From Nageia nagi (taxonomy: Eukaryota > Plantae > Pinophyta), in NCBI GenBank assembly GCA_050084985.1, contig JBITNC010000002.1, forward strand, positions 2,852,001 through 2,916,000: a stretch of DNA of 64,000 nt. The letters are read 5' to 3'. Positions within the stretch are counted from its first letter, which is position 1, and every line of letters begins with the position of its first letter. A program made the translations under genes and the position numbers. A model generated the notes under the pieces. It saw only the letters and a list, made by a program, of their open reading frames with translations. It did no database searches and had not been told where the DNA came from. Shown here one piece after another: positions 25,249 to 35,789 of the stretch.

Positions 25249-26345
25249 TGTAAGGATCCAAACACAAACTCAAGTGCAATTAACCAAATTTAATTCAACA
25301 AACCCTAATGTCTATTCTAGGGCATCCAGATAATATATTCACAACCCAAATATGCCAACGTCTGGCTTACACATGCAAGAATAGATAATCAAACCAAATT
25401 GTTGCAATAACAAGGCATACACAAGACAAATATGGCGATCCAATGCCCAACGACTGTATATAAGATATGTAATGCTCAACAATACAATACCAGGCCCAAT
25501 AGGGATGACGTTGGCCTCAAGGGAACCAAATAGGGCAAGTCGTATATCCTCAATGTTGGGTGATCAACTAGAACCATGGGATAGCCTTGCTCCCTCAAAA
25601 TTTGGATCCTTTCCACCGAAGGTGCCCTCCTCAAACCCTGGTGGCCAACTACATGGCAGAAGCTCAACCTCGGAATACCATTGGATGAGAAGAGTGTTGC
25701 ACCAATGTCATAGACAATTAGGATCCCTCAGCTTGATAGCCCTCCTAGATGCTGCACCTAGGGGATTGCTTAGCACCGCTAAGTCTTATTGTCCTCTGGA
25801 CGATATGAAGTATAGTAATAATCAAGTATTTCCAACAATGAGTTCCAATGTCTCTTTATACACTCAACTCCGTCTGAATCTCACCTAGGAGTCATCACCT
25901 AGCTCCCTAATCCCAACATTAGCCTCCTGGGGACCCAAAATGCCCAACATGGGTGCCTAGGGGTTAGGCATACCATGTCCCCCTTGCATGCCCACGTGGG
26001 TCTAGGAGTCATGCGTGGGGTCTAGGTGTCATGGTGGGCCAACATGGGCATCTAGGAGCCTCCCCAAGGCTAACGCATGCATATAAGTGCTCACCCATCC
26101 ATCTAAGTGTAGAACAGACCTTGGGATTCCCACAATTAAGATCAGGATCTCCAAGTATGATAATAACACTTAATCTAAGCTTGAGAGGAAGACGTCCCAC
26201 TTGGGGCTCACAGTGGGGTCCATCGAACCATTAAATCTTCTATCCCAAGTTACAACATGAAAGTACAATCCAATAATAAAATATATTACAAGAGGAATCT
26301 ATTGGGTTCCACAATTAATTATGATCATGCAAGGGGGATGTCATA
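25249..26345 (-). mobile_element. Solo LTR D (B family), nested in the 5' LTR of A
   Basis: Perfect TSD GTGTC at 25244-25248 and 26346-26350. Its reverse complement aligns with B LTR 15277-16408. Confidence 0.92.
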
Positions 26346-26726
26346 GTGTCTAGGAGTCATCATGGGCCAATGTGGGGGTCTAGGAGTCTCCCAAGGTTGG
26401 CGCATGTGTACAAGTGCTCCCAAATCCAACATTGGGGCAAATAGGTGTTTATCCATGTTCAAGTGTCATCTAGGTACTACACAAGCCTTGGGATTCCCAC
26501 AATCATATTTAGGATCTCCAAGTGCATTAAATGACAAATAAAATAACACATCCTAGCTTGGGAGGAAAACGTCCCTCATGGGGCTCACAAAGTTGGTACA
26601 ACGTACCTTTATAATTCTACCCCAAGTAACTAACAACAAATACATGAATAAATAAATATTTACAAAAAGGGAATCCTTAGTTTCCAAAATTAATTATGTT
26701 TTACAAAAAGGGGATGTTACATGCTA

Positions 26727-26984
26727 TCAATAATCTCTAAGAAACGCTCCATAGAGAAAGCCATTTTGTGGTTGAGAGGCTAGGGAGGGAGGTCCAAGTA
26801 ACCTAGATGTATCATAAGTAAATATCATCTTTGATAGGTTTGTGAATCATGGCCTTTGATGGAAGAAGATGAGGAGGAGCATCCGATAAGTACCTGAATG
26901 AGGGAAGTCGATCAATGGTAATGTTGATGGATTGGAGAAGCAGACTAGCCCCAAAATATAAACATTATCTACGCTTGATGAGAC
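26727..26984 (-). pseudogene. LINE ORF2 fragment (post-RT region)
   Basis: Joins 35119 through TSD CCAAG and 14697 through TSD TGCCA/TGCTA, between two recognisable LINE pieces. Confidence 0.6.
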
Positions 26985-26989
26985 CCAAG

Positions 26990-27886
26990 TGTTTACAAAT
27001 AAAAATTGAGCGTGTAAATAAATAAACAGAGAAATATCTACAAACTCAATATTATCTGTATACTAGCTACGGATAGCGATTTATTCTAGATATCAATAAA
27101 CAACATAACCAATTCAGCAGTGTACTTGTACCAACCAAGACTGTGATTCGTGTACTTACCTCACGGAACGTACCTGACAACGAAAGATGTAGATATTGGC
27201 GATGTAGTGATGATAAGCTGCCTTTTCCACAACGTCGTGACCTGCAAGGATGCGAAAAGAGGACCGCGGGCGGTCCGTTTCAGTAGTATTAGAGCGCCGG
27301 CGGTGTTCTTCCGTTCACAAAGGAGCGCCGGCGGCCCTAGCTTGATAGCTTTGACCTCTCGATTAGGTCCAGATCTTCAGTATAGATATCTCAGATTGCA
27401 GTGTAATATCAGAATTGATCGCATATGTCAGGAGAGCTCGCGTAAGGAAGCACACAAACCACAGCCTTGTAGGCGGTACCAAGAGATACCTTAAGGGGTA
27501 GCCACTTACAAGACCATACGCAGGATCATGTGTATCCTTGTTGTTGTGGACTTACTATTAGATCCCTTATTTATATAGATAATAGATAATACCGCCCATA
27601 GGTCGGCGTGCATCCACATAAATAAGGTTAATTCACAAGATTTAATATAAACACATCAATAAACAAGATAATTCATGCAATACTCAAGATAAACCATACA
27701 ATATTCAAGATAACCCATGCAATATTCAAGATAAACCATGCAATATTCAAGGTAAACCATACAATATTCATATTCAAGCCAAACATTGATATTATCACTT
27801 TAATCCATTCAAGACATATAGTTAGGCCAAGCATATTTCATTAATTTATTGATTTAAAAACATAAATTCATTTTTATGTGTTAACA
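26990..27886 (-). repeat. 3' LTR of the Tat-like element
   Basis: TG...CA, adjacent to the PPT. Confidence 0.97.
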
Positions 27887-28119
27887 GATGCCCCACTTTG
27901 GATGTGAAATCGAAAGAATCATGAGGTGACTTGAGATTTTGCATTCAAAGTAAAACACAATATCACAGCAAACAATTTTGATAAGCAATGATGAACACTA
28001 ACCATTCCAAACTTAAACAACATCATGATAAAGCTTATAGGTTAAGAAAACTCCCTTTTGATATTTACCTTGGGCATGCTTGCCCCTTGCGTTTTGCTGT
28101 AGAAGGTGATAGCCTGATA

Positions 28120-29885
28120 TGTCTGATAATCTGATAAGCTGATAATCTTGCCGTAATGCTGATGACCCATGACGACAAACTTGACAACACACATGACAGT
28201 GACCGGACAAACGACTTGACCACACATGTCGACCGGACGACATCTTGACAAGACCACATCACAAGACAAAACATGACAACACATGACAACACACATGACG
28301 ACATGATAACACACATGACCAACTCACAAGACAAGACATGATAACACACATAACAACACATGATAACCATAACGACACATAGGAGAGAGCTAAGTTCTAC
28401 ACAACTGAGCCTTCGCACCAAGAGGTGTACTCCAATTGCATGAGAACCGAACTCCGCAAAACAATGATAAGCTGATATGTGAGAGCTAAGTTCCACACAA
28501 CTCTTCGCACCAAGTTGCATAAGAACCGAACTCCGCAAAACAAGTGATAAGCTGATATGTGAGACCTAAGTTCCACACAACTCTTCGCACCAAGTTGCAT
28601 AAGAACCGAACTCCGCAGAACAATGATAAGCTGATGTATGAGAGCTAAGTTCCACACAACTGAGCCTTCGCACCAAGAGGTGTACTCCAGTTGCATGAGA
28701 ACCGAACTCCGCAGAACAATGATAAACTGATGTATGAGAGCTAAGTTCCACACAACTGAGCCTTCGCACCAAGAGGTGTACTCCAGTTGCATGAGAACCG
28801 AACTCCGCAGAACAATGATAAGCTGATGTATGAGAGCTAAGTTCCACACAACTGAGCCTTCGCACCAAGAGGTGTACTCCAGTTGCATGAGAACCGAACT
28901 CCACAGAACAATGATAAACTGATGAAGCTGATACTCCACCAAGAAGCATGATAAGCTGACTATGGGAGCTGGACTCCACTCAAACATGATAATCTGATTA
29001 TGGGAGCTGGAACTCCACTCACAAGCATGATAATCTGATTATGGGAGCTGAACTCCACTCACAAGCATATGATAAGCTGACTATGGGAGCTGGACTCCAC
29101 TCACAAGCATATGATAAGCTGACTCGTGGGAGCTGAACTCCACTCATAAGCACATGATAAGCTGACTATGGGAGCTGGACTCCTCTCCCAAGCATGATAG
29201 TCTGATCACGGGAGCTGGACTCCACTCATAAGCACATGATAGTCTAACCATGGGAGCTGGACTCCACTCATAAGCATATGATAATCTGATTATGGGAGCT
29301 GGAACTCTACTCATAGGCACATGATAAGCACATGATAAGCTGACTATGGGAGCTGAACTCCACTCATAGGCACATGATAAGCACATGATAAGCTGACTAT
29401 GGGAGCTGGACTCCACTCATAGGCACATGATAAGCTGAGTATGGGAGCTGGACTCCACTCACAAGCATATGATAAGCACATGATAAGCTGACTATGGGAG
29501 CTGGACTCCTCTCATAAGCATGATAGTCTGATCACGGGAGCTAGACTCCACTCACCAGCATGATAGTCTGATCACAGGAGCTAGAACTCCTCTCATAGGC
29601 ACATGATAAGCGGATTATAGGAGCTGGACTCCACTCACAAGCACAATATTCTGATCATGGGAGATGGACTCCTCTCACAATCATGATAGTCTGATCACTC
29701 GGGTCTGCAAACACGAAAACTCAAAGCAATATTCTCCTGGATATATCATTCGTCAAACACCTATGACGCACACATGATACTTAGATAAGCTGATAATTCA
29801 GATCTGCAAACACGAAACTTCAAGGCAATATTCTCCTAGATATATCATTCGTCAAACATCTATGATGCACTCATGATACTCAATA
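28120..29885. repeat. Compound tandem array: ACACATGAC micro-units, six units of 96 or about 78 bp, about 17 units of about 40 bp, and a duplication of about 95 bp
   Basis: 28385-28920: GAGAGCTAAGTTCCACACAACT...TGATAAGCTGA. 28948-29698: TGATAAGCTGACTATGGGAGCTGGACTCCACTCAYAAGCA. 29704-29880: two TCTGCAAACACGAAA... copies. Confidence 0.95.
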
Positions 29886-30112
29886 AACTGATTTTCTAGA
29901 TAAAGGAACGCAGGCGGTCCTTTCCTACTGACTTAGAACGCCGGCGGTCTTCACTAAGGCCGCGGGCGGTCCTTTTCTTGAAGATTCATCAAAAACCGTG
30001 AAAATCACGTCCCTGCGAATCACCTCTGGATTCCAAATTGATGCCTGATTGCTCGTCCACGCATGCCAAATGCTCAAATCGAAATTAGTCTTGAAGTGTG
30101 TGCCCTAACCTT

Positions 30113-30122
30113 TCTATAAAAG
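30113..30122 (+). promoter_or_regulatory. Putative TATA box of the PMD gene
   Basis: CTATAAAAG about 150 bp upstream of the ATG at 30267. Confidence 0.5.
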
Positions 30123-30266
30123 AGGCCCCACCCTTCCTCATTTGATCACCTTGTCATTTTCATAGCTGAGAGCATCCAGAGCTCAAGAGACTGATTCAAA
30201 GAGGTTTAGCTGGTGCTTTTGTCACTATCGCTAAATAATTCTTCTTGTATTGCTGTGCTGCACACT

Positions 30267-32529
30267 ATGGCCCTACCGATCACACGCCGAGAGGGACACA
30301 GAGCTGCCTTGGTGGCTGATTCTCCTGCTGGTCATCAGGTACACTACCTCTTCTACCTTTTTCATGCTATGTTTTTGTTTCTCTTCAAGTTTTACCTGCC
30401 TGTACACTAGCTTTTCCGAATTGCCCCTAGGGTTTTACTGTTGCATACCCTAGCTCTGCGTTTTTCTCTTTTTAGTCTGCTTTTCGAACTTCCAGTGCCA
30501 TGGCTGCCTTATGCTCACCCGTACGAACCTGCACCCCGAATTTTATTGCCCTTTTTCACGGAAACAGGACCGCTGGCGGTCCTTTCTGCCCTAGTTTGGA
30601 CCGTGGGCGGTCCTTCTCACCTGTAGTAGACCGTGGGCGGTCCTCGTTTTCCTGTACTATTTTTTGCTATTTGCATTTCACATCTTGATACTGACTTGCC
30701 TTTCATCCTTCTTTTCTTGCAGAGCCGTGGGGATACCTTATGCGTCCATCCGGTAAGAGTGCCTCCTTCACCACTGCCCAACAGTAGCCCCAAACTGACG
30801 TAGCCCGGAGTATTCTAGAGGATATTTCATTCAGCCACCTTGCATTTGCTGAATATGTGTTTCATGACCGCAACATGCTTACAGCTTTGATGGAGAGGTG
30901 GGATCCAAATTCCAACACCTTTCACCTTCCCACCGGTGAGATTACAGTGACCTTAGAGGATATCTACAGGATCACTAGACTTCCTATCAGGGGGAAACTA
31001 GTGAAGATGATTCCTGTTCCGAGCTTGGAACAGGCAGAGGTATGGGCTACATGGCTGACGGGATCAGACGAAGTGAATCACAGGAAGAGAGGTGTGTCAC
31101 TAGTGAGACATGTGCCAGAGGATCCTCCAGCACGGGGTGACCTGCGGATGAGGCTCCTCATTGCCTGCCTTCTAGATGCTATTGTCTATCCAGACAAGAG
31201 CAGTGAGACCTTCCCAGTGGGTATGATTCCTATTATTCAGGACATGGTTATACACAGACAGCGATATGCATGGTGCCCCGCAATACTGGCACAACTTTAT
31301 CATGATCTCCACGGCTTTGCAGAGGTGGAGAGAAAGGGGAGATAGGTGGCTCACTCTATGATCCTGCAGGTGTGGGCCTATGAACACATCACTATTTCTA
31401 GACCGAATATACTGCCCCTAGACCAGCCAGATGATGCCCCCACCTGGCAACGGTGGGCGACGACCGAGGTACCAGACTTCCCTAACATAGACCTAGAGGG
31501 ATGGCGTGGGCGACTTGACTTACTACAGGAGGTGCAGATCTACCGGCGTCCTTATCGGGGAGGTGTACCAGAGTGGGAGGAAGACCTAAAGGAGATGACA
31601 TGGGTGAGACACCCTACCTACCTACAGGCACGTAGGGCTTTAGTGGAGCCGTACAGACCAGAGCGGGTACTCCGTCAGTTCGGCCTCCAGCAGGGTATAC
31701 CAAATGACTGCAGGATAGTGGTGCGCTACTACCGTAGCAGGCACCTCCCGGAGGATTACGAGCCAGTGCCGGACTGGGATCCAGACTGGGAGTCCCCCAG
31801 CGAGGACTCCGACTATGATGTCGATGATGACATAGATGGACCTGATCATACAGAGGACTATCTAGACTGGTGGAGGACACGCCGCCCTCACCACATAGGC
31901 ATTCACGATACTGACATGGGTGACGATGCATGGGAGGATGAGGACCCAAGAGACACAAAGACCGGGTGGGACACTCCCTTCACCACGGGAGGATGGGGAG
32001 GGGAGAGTAGCTCTTCATACGCTCGTGACACATCTCTAGATGCAGGGCATGACGACAATGAGACTGATCCGGACCAGGACGAATATGAACCTGAATATAA
32101 GACAGAATCAGACTGGGAGGATGAAGACTACGATGAAGATGATGATGGTAAACTACTTTCTCTTTTACTTTGCTTTGACTTTCTGTTTTTCATAATACGC
32201 AAGGAACTAACATGATATGTTAATGCTATGTCACAGATCCTGAGGTTGAGATAGCTAGGCTGCGTAGCCAAATCGATCAGAAGGATGAGGAGATCAGAGA
32301 GCTACAGGGCCGTCTACGGTTCGGAGGAGGAGATTATGCTGGTATCTATCAAGACTTATAGGCGGCCAACAAAGAAATCAAGGTCCTCTACGAGCAGCTT
32401 CGCCAGGCCGAGAGACAGATCGGCGAGAAGGCCCGCGCAGAGAAATACAGGGCACGGTGCGGGGGTGGCACCTCTAGCAGGGCTACTAGCTCTAGTGTAG
32501 GGGATGGGGGGTCTAGTAGGAGATTTTAA
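30267..32529 (+). pseudogene. Plant mobile domain (PMD, aminotransferase-like, MAIN/MAIL family) gene with acidic linker and coiled-coil tail; 3 predicted exons; 3 in-frame TAG stops
   Basis: PMD motifs ALMERWDPNSNTFHLPTGEITVTLEDI, YAWCPAILAQLYHDL, LQVWAYEHI, PYRPERVLRQFG. Exons 30267-30338, about 30723-32147, 32237-32529. Intron 2 is GT-AG, phase-compatible, with branch site ACTAAC. The phase of intron 1 is ambiguous. Stops at 30785, 31343, 32359. Confidence 0.92.
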
Positions 32530-32916
32530 ATCACTCTATGTAATCTCATTCAGTTTGCATTGTAAACGAAAACATTTTGATCATGATATATAAAACATAA
32601 ACTTTGGTACCTGATTTGTTCTTTGTTCATGTACTTGTGATGCGTGAATTTGATGTTCCGTGATCCTTGCGAACGAACACCAACGATACGACCTGAAATT
32701 CTGACCTTTCATGTTGCGAACGTACTTGGAATCTTTTGCTTTCCTCTGTTTTTTCCCTAAAAGAGGACCGTCGGCGGTCTTTTTCTCCCGAAATACAACG
32801 CCGGCGCTCCTGTTATGACTTCATGAAACCTCCCAATCTCTTAACCCTGACATCTGTTAGAGACCTGAACCAACTGCTAGCTTTTCTCTCTCTTTTTTTT
32901 TTTTATGTATTTCAAT

Positions 32917-34140
32917 CTACCAAATGATACCTTCGGGAGGCCTGGAGCTCCTACCGGGGTTAGCATCCTCAAGGAAGATCGTATTGATATGCTGTTCTTC
33001 TCCTGTATCTTTGACCTTTGCTGGACATACATAGAATCCATCTTCTATGAGCTTTTGTATTCTATCCCTAAGATTTCCACATCCGTTTGTAGCATGGCCT
33101 TTAGCCTGATGATATTCACAATATCTATCTTCCTTATACCAATGGGGTTTTTCTGCTGTGGGATCTTCCTCACGCTTCGGTAAAGGTCGTAATAACCCTT
33201 TTTCCACAAGATCTTTTAGGATGTGTCTTGGAGGTATGGGAAATCTCACATATCTCTTTTCCTTCGTCTCACTTGTATTCTCAGCCATATGGACATCTTT
33301 CTCTTTCTTCGGCGAATGTGATCCCTTATCCTTTGTTTTTGCCTTTTCATTATTACCATACTTTACAAGCCCTAGCTTCACAAGGACTTTTTCTTTCTCT
33401 AACAGTTTATACGTCATATCGGAAAATGTGAGATGTGTATAATCAATAACATATGCTTGTAAGGGCAATATAACAGCTTCTTTAAAAATGTTATTTACCT
33501 CTTTTTTTGTTAACCTAATCTTTACTTGCTGCCATGTCTTCTTAAATCTTACAACAAATTTATCCAGTTGCTCATCACTGCCCTGTTTAATAGCACATAA
33601 ATCTGATAGCATAACCTCCTTCTTGATGTTATGCTTATATTGCTCCAGAAACAAATCACTGAATTCCTCAAATGATGTAATGGACCCTTCAGGTAAGCCA
33701 TAAAACCATTCTCGTGCATCTCCTTCCAAGCTCTGGGGGAAGAATTTAGCCTACAATCTTTGGTCGGTACCAATTGTGAGTTCACATTCATCCTTAAATC
33801 CTTGTATATGTCTCCTTGGATCTCCTCCACCATTGAACTTACTGAATTTTGGTTCTTTGTAATCGGATGGTGGCATATGCCTACGAATGTCACCACATAA
33901 AGGACTACCAAATTCGAAAGAATCATTAGGTGGCGTCGATCTTCTTGCCAATCTGTCTATCTGCCTCTGCATACCTTCCATAGTAGCCTGAAAATTGCTA
34001 TTGTCACCCTCAGCGCTATTTTGCATTCCTCCGGATCCCTCCGGATCATCATGTCTGATTTCTACCAATAACTCATCCAAATCTCTTTTTGAAAGGCTTC
34101 GCAAGAATAACTTAAGCTGTTCCATAACTAAGACACTCAC
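32917..34140 (-). pseudogene. Tat/Ogre-type gag (one in-frame TAG), truncated after the knuckle
   Basis: PKFSKFNGGGDPRRHI...QRL*AKFFPQSLEGDAREWFYGLPEGSITSFEEFSDLF...IKQGSDEQL. CEYHQAKGHATNGC is a CX2HX4HX4C knuckle. Confidence 0.93.
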
Positions 34141-34196
34141 AAAATAGATGTTAATCTTAACTAAAACCTTTAGGGTTTTAGTATAATGATGTGTAG

Positions 34197-34214
34197 TTCA
34201 CGTCGGGTTCACCA
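34197..34214 (-). promoter_or_regulatory. Primer-binding site complementary to the tRNA-Trp 3' end
   Basis: The plus strand reads TTCACGTCGGGTTCACCA, matching the plant cytosolic tRNA-Trp 3' end as I recall it. It lies 2 nt from the LTR. Confidence 0.85.
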
Positions 34215-34216
34215 AA

Positions 34217-35113
34217 TGTTTACAAATAAAAATTGAGCGTGTAAATAAATAAACAGAGAAATATCTACAAACTCAATATTATCTGTATACTAGCTACGGA
34301 TAGCGATTTATTCTAGATATCAATAAACAACATAACCAATTCAGCAGTGTACTTGTACCAACCAAGACTGTGATTCGTGTACTTACCTCACGGAACGTAC
34401 CTGACAACGAAAGATGTAGATATTGGCGATGTAGTGATGATAAGCTGCCTTTTCCACAACGTCGTGACCTGCAAGGATGCGAAAAGAGGACCGCGGGCGG
34501 TCCGTTTCAGTAGTATTAGAGCGTCGGCGGTGTTCTTCCGTTCACAAAGGAGCGCCGGCGGCCCTAGCTTGATAGCTTTGACCTCTCGATTAGGTCCAGA
34601 TCTTCAGTATAGATATCTCAGATTGCAGTGTAATATCAGAATTGATCGCATATGTCAGGAGAGCTCGCGTAAGGAAGCACACAAACCACAGCCTTGTAGG
34701 CGGTACCAAGAGATACCTTAAGGGGTAGCCACTTACAAGACCATACGCAGGATCATGTGTATCCTTGTTGTTGTGGACTTACTATTAGATTCCTTATTTA
34801 TATAGATAATAGATAATACCGCCCATAGGTCGGCGTGCATCCACATAAATAAGGTTAATTCACAAGATTTAATATAAACACATCAATAAACAAGATAATT
34901 CATGCAATACTCAAGATAAACCATACAATATTCAAGATAACCCATGCAATATTCAAGATAAACCATGCAATATTCAAGGTAAACCATACAATATTCATAT
35001 TCAAGCCAAACATTGATATTATCACTTTAATCCATTCAAGACATATAGTTAGGCCAAGCATATTTCATTAATTTATTGATTTAAAAACATAAATTCATTT
35101 TTATGTGTTAACA
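34217..35113 (-). repeat. 5' LTR of the Tat-like element
   Basis: Near-identical to 26990-27886 and adjacent to the PBS. Confidence 0.97.
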
Positions 35114-35118
35114 CCAAG

Positions 35119-35718
35119 GAAGCAATCCTCTCTAAACATCACAATGTTAGAATCACCTAGTAACCGGAGTCTTTGAAGAGGTGAGCCTAAATATAGTCTC
35201 AACATGGAGTGTTTGAGTAGAAAACTTGCTCTCAACAATGCATTGAGAAAGTGTTTGTTTGCAATGAATCATACGTTGGAAGCAAGATAATCTAAACCCT
35301 TTCAATACATGCCCACTCAACAGATCCTAAACGTGGGCCCCAAGTCTCAGATCCATAAAGAATTATGGGTTTAATGATTATATTGAAGAGGCTTTTTTTT
35401 CTTTAAAAGAATATCTTGGAAGTGTATCTAAAGGCATTAACCTTCTAGAACGGAAAGTGAAGGATACACCTTACAAGGGCATGATTGTGATGCTAGTTTA
35501 AAATTGAGGTAAGGACTAGAAAATTGAACCCCTGAATAAATATAAGCAATAGTGATCTTGATCGAGTCCCAAAAGGCATTACAGATCATGAACTTAGTCT
35601 TGTTGAGATTAATTACCAACTGTCTAGTCTCACAAAAGCAAGCGAGTGCATCCAACTATCTTTGAAGGCCCTCCAAGGGCAGGGAGTGAGAAAGGAGGGT
35701 CACATCATCTACAAATGT
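35119..35718 (-). pseudogene. LINE reverse transcriptase C-terminal half
   Basis: FVDDVTLL...GLQR*LDALACFCETRQLVINLNKTKFMI and SLFNIIIKPIILYGSETWG. Confidence 0.88.
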
Positions 35719-35789
35719 GCCCAATCATGATAGTTCTATAATCGTTTGATTCTAAACTATCTCTCAACTTGTGAATGGGATGAATGATG

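Larger units (their letters stand above)
14703..26721 (-). mobile_element. Non-autonomous Ty3/Gypsy element A (gag plus protease, no RT/RH/INT)
   Basis: 5' LTR about 24281-26721 and 3' LTR 14703-20376, each interrupted. TSD TGCCA (14698-14702) / TGCTA (26722-26726). PBS TGGTATCAGAGC at about 24267-24278. PPT GAGAGGGGAGGC at about 20379-20390. Confidence 0.9.
26990..35113 (-). mobile_element. Very young non-autonomous Tat/Ogre-like Gypsy element: gag plus antisense PMD gene plus tandem array, no pol
   Basis: 897-bp LTRs at 26990-27886 and 34217-35113, with only two substitutions found by eye. TSD CCAAG at 26985-26989 and 35114-35118. tRNA-Trp PBS. PPT AAAGTGGGGCATC at 27887-27899. Confidence 0.96.

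Noticed and set aside
27150-27494. 114-aa ORF duplicated at 34377-34721
   Set aside because: It lies in the LTRs, so the duplication is trivial. No ATG start and no recognisable domain.
28013-29416. Minus-strand ORFs of 76-196 aa
   Set aside because: Translations of tandem repeats, open in several frames.
28385-29700. CRISPR-like repeat/spacer appearance
   Set aside because: The intervening sequences are copies of each other rather than unique spacers, there are no cas genes, and the context is a eukaryotic retroelement.
31343-31345. Programmed stop read-through signal
   Set aside because: None of the four TAG contexts matches the CAA-UAG-CAR-YYA read-through motif. C>T decay is simpler.
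34197-34214. tRNA-Trp gene
   Set aside because: Only the 3' 18 nt including CCA are present next to an LTR, so it is a PBS.
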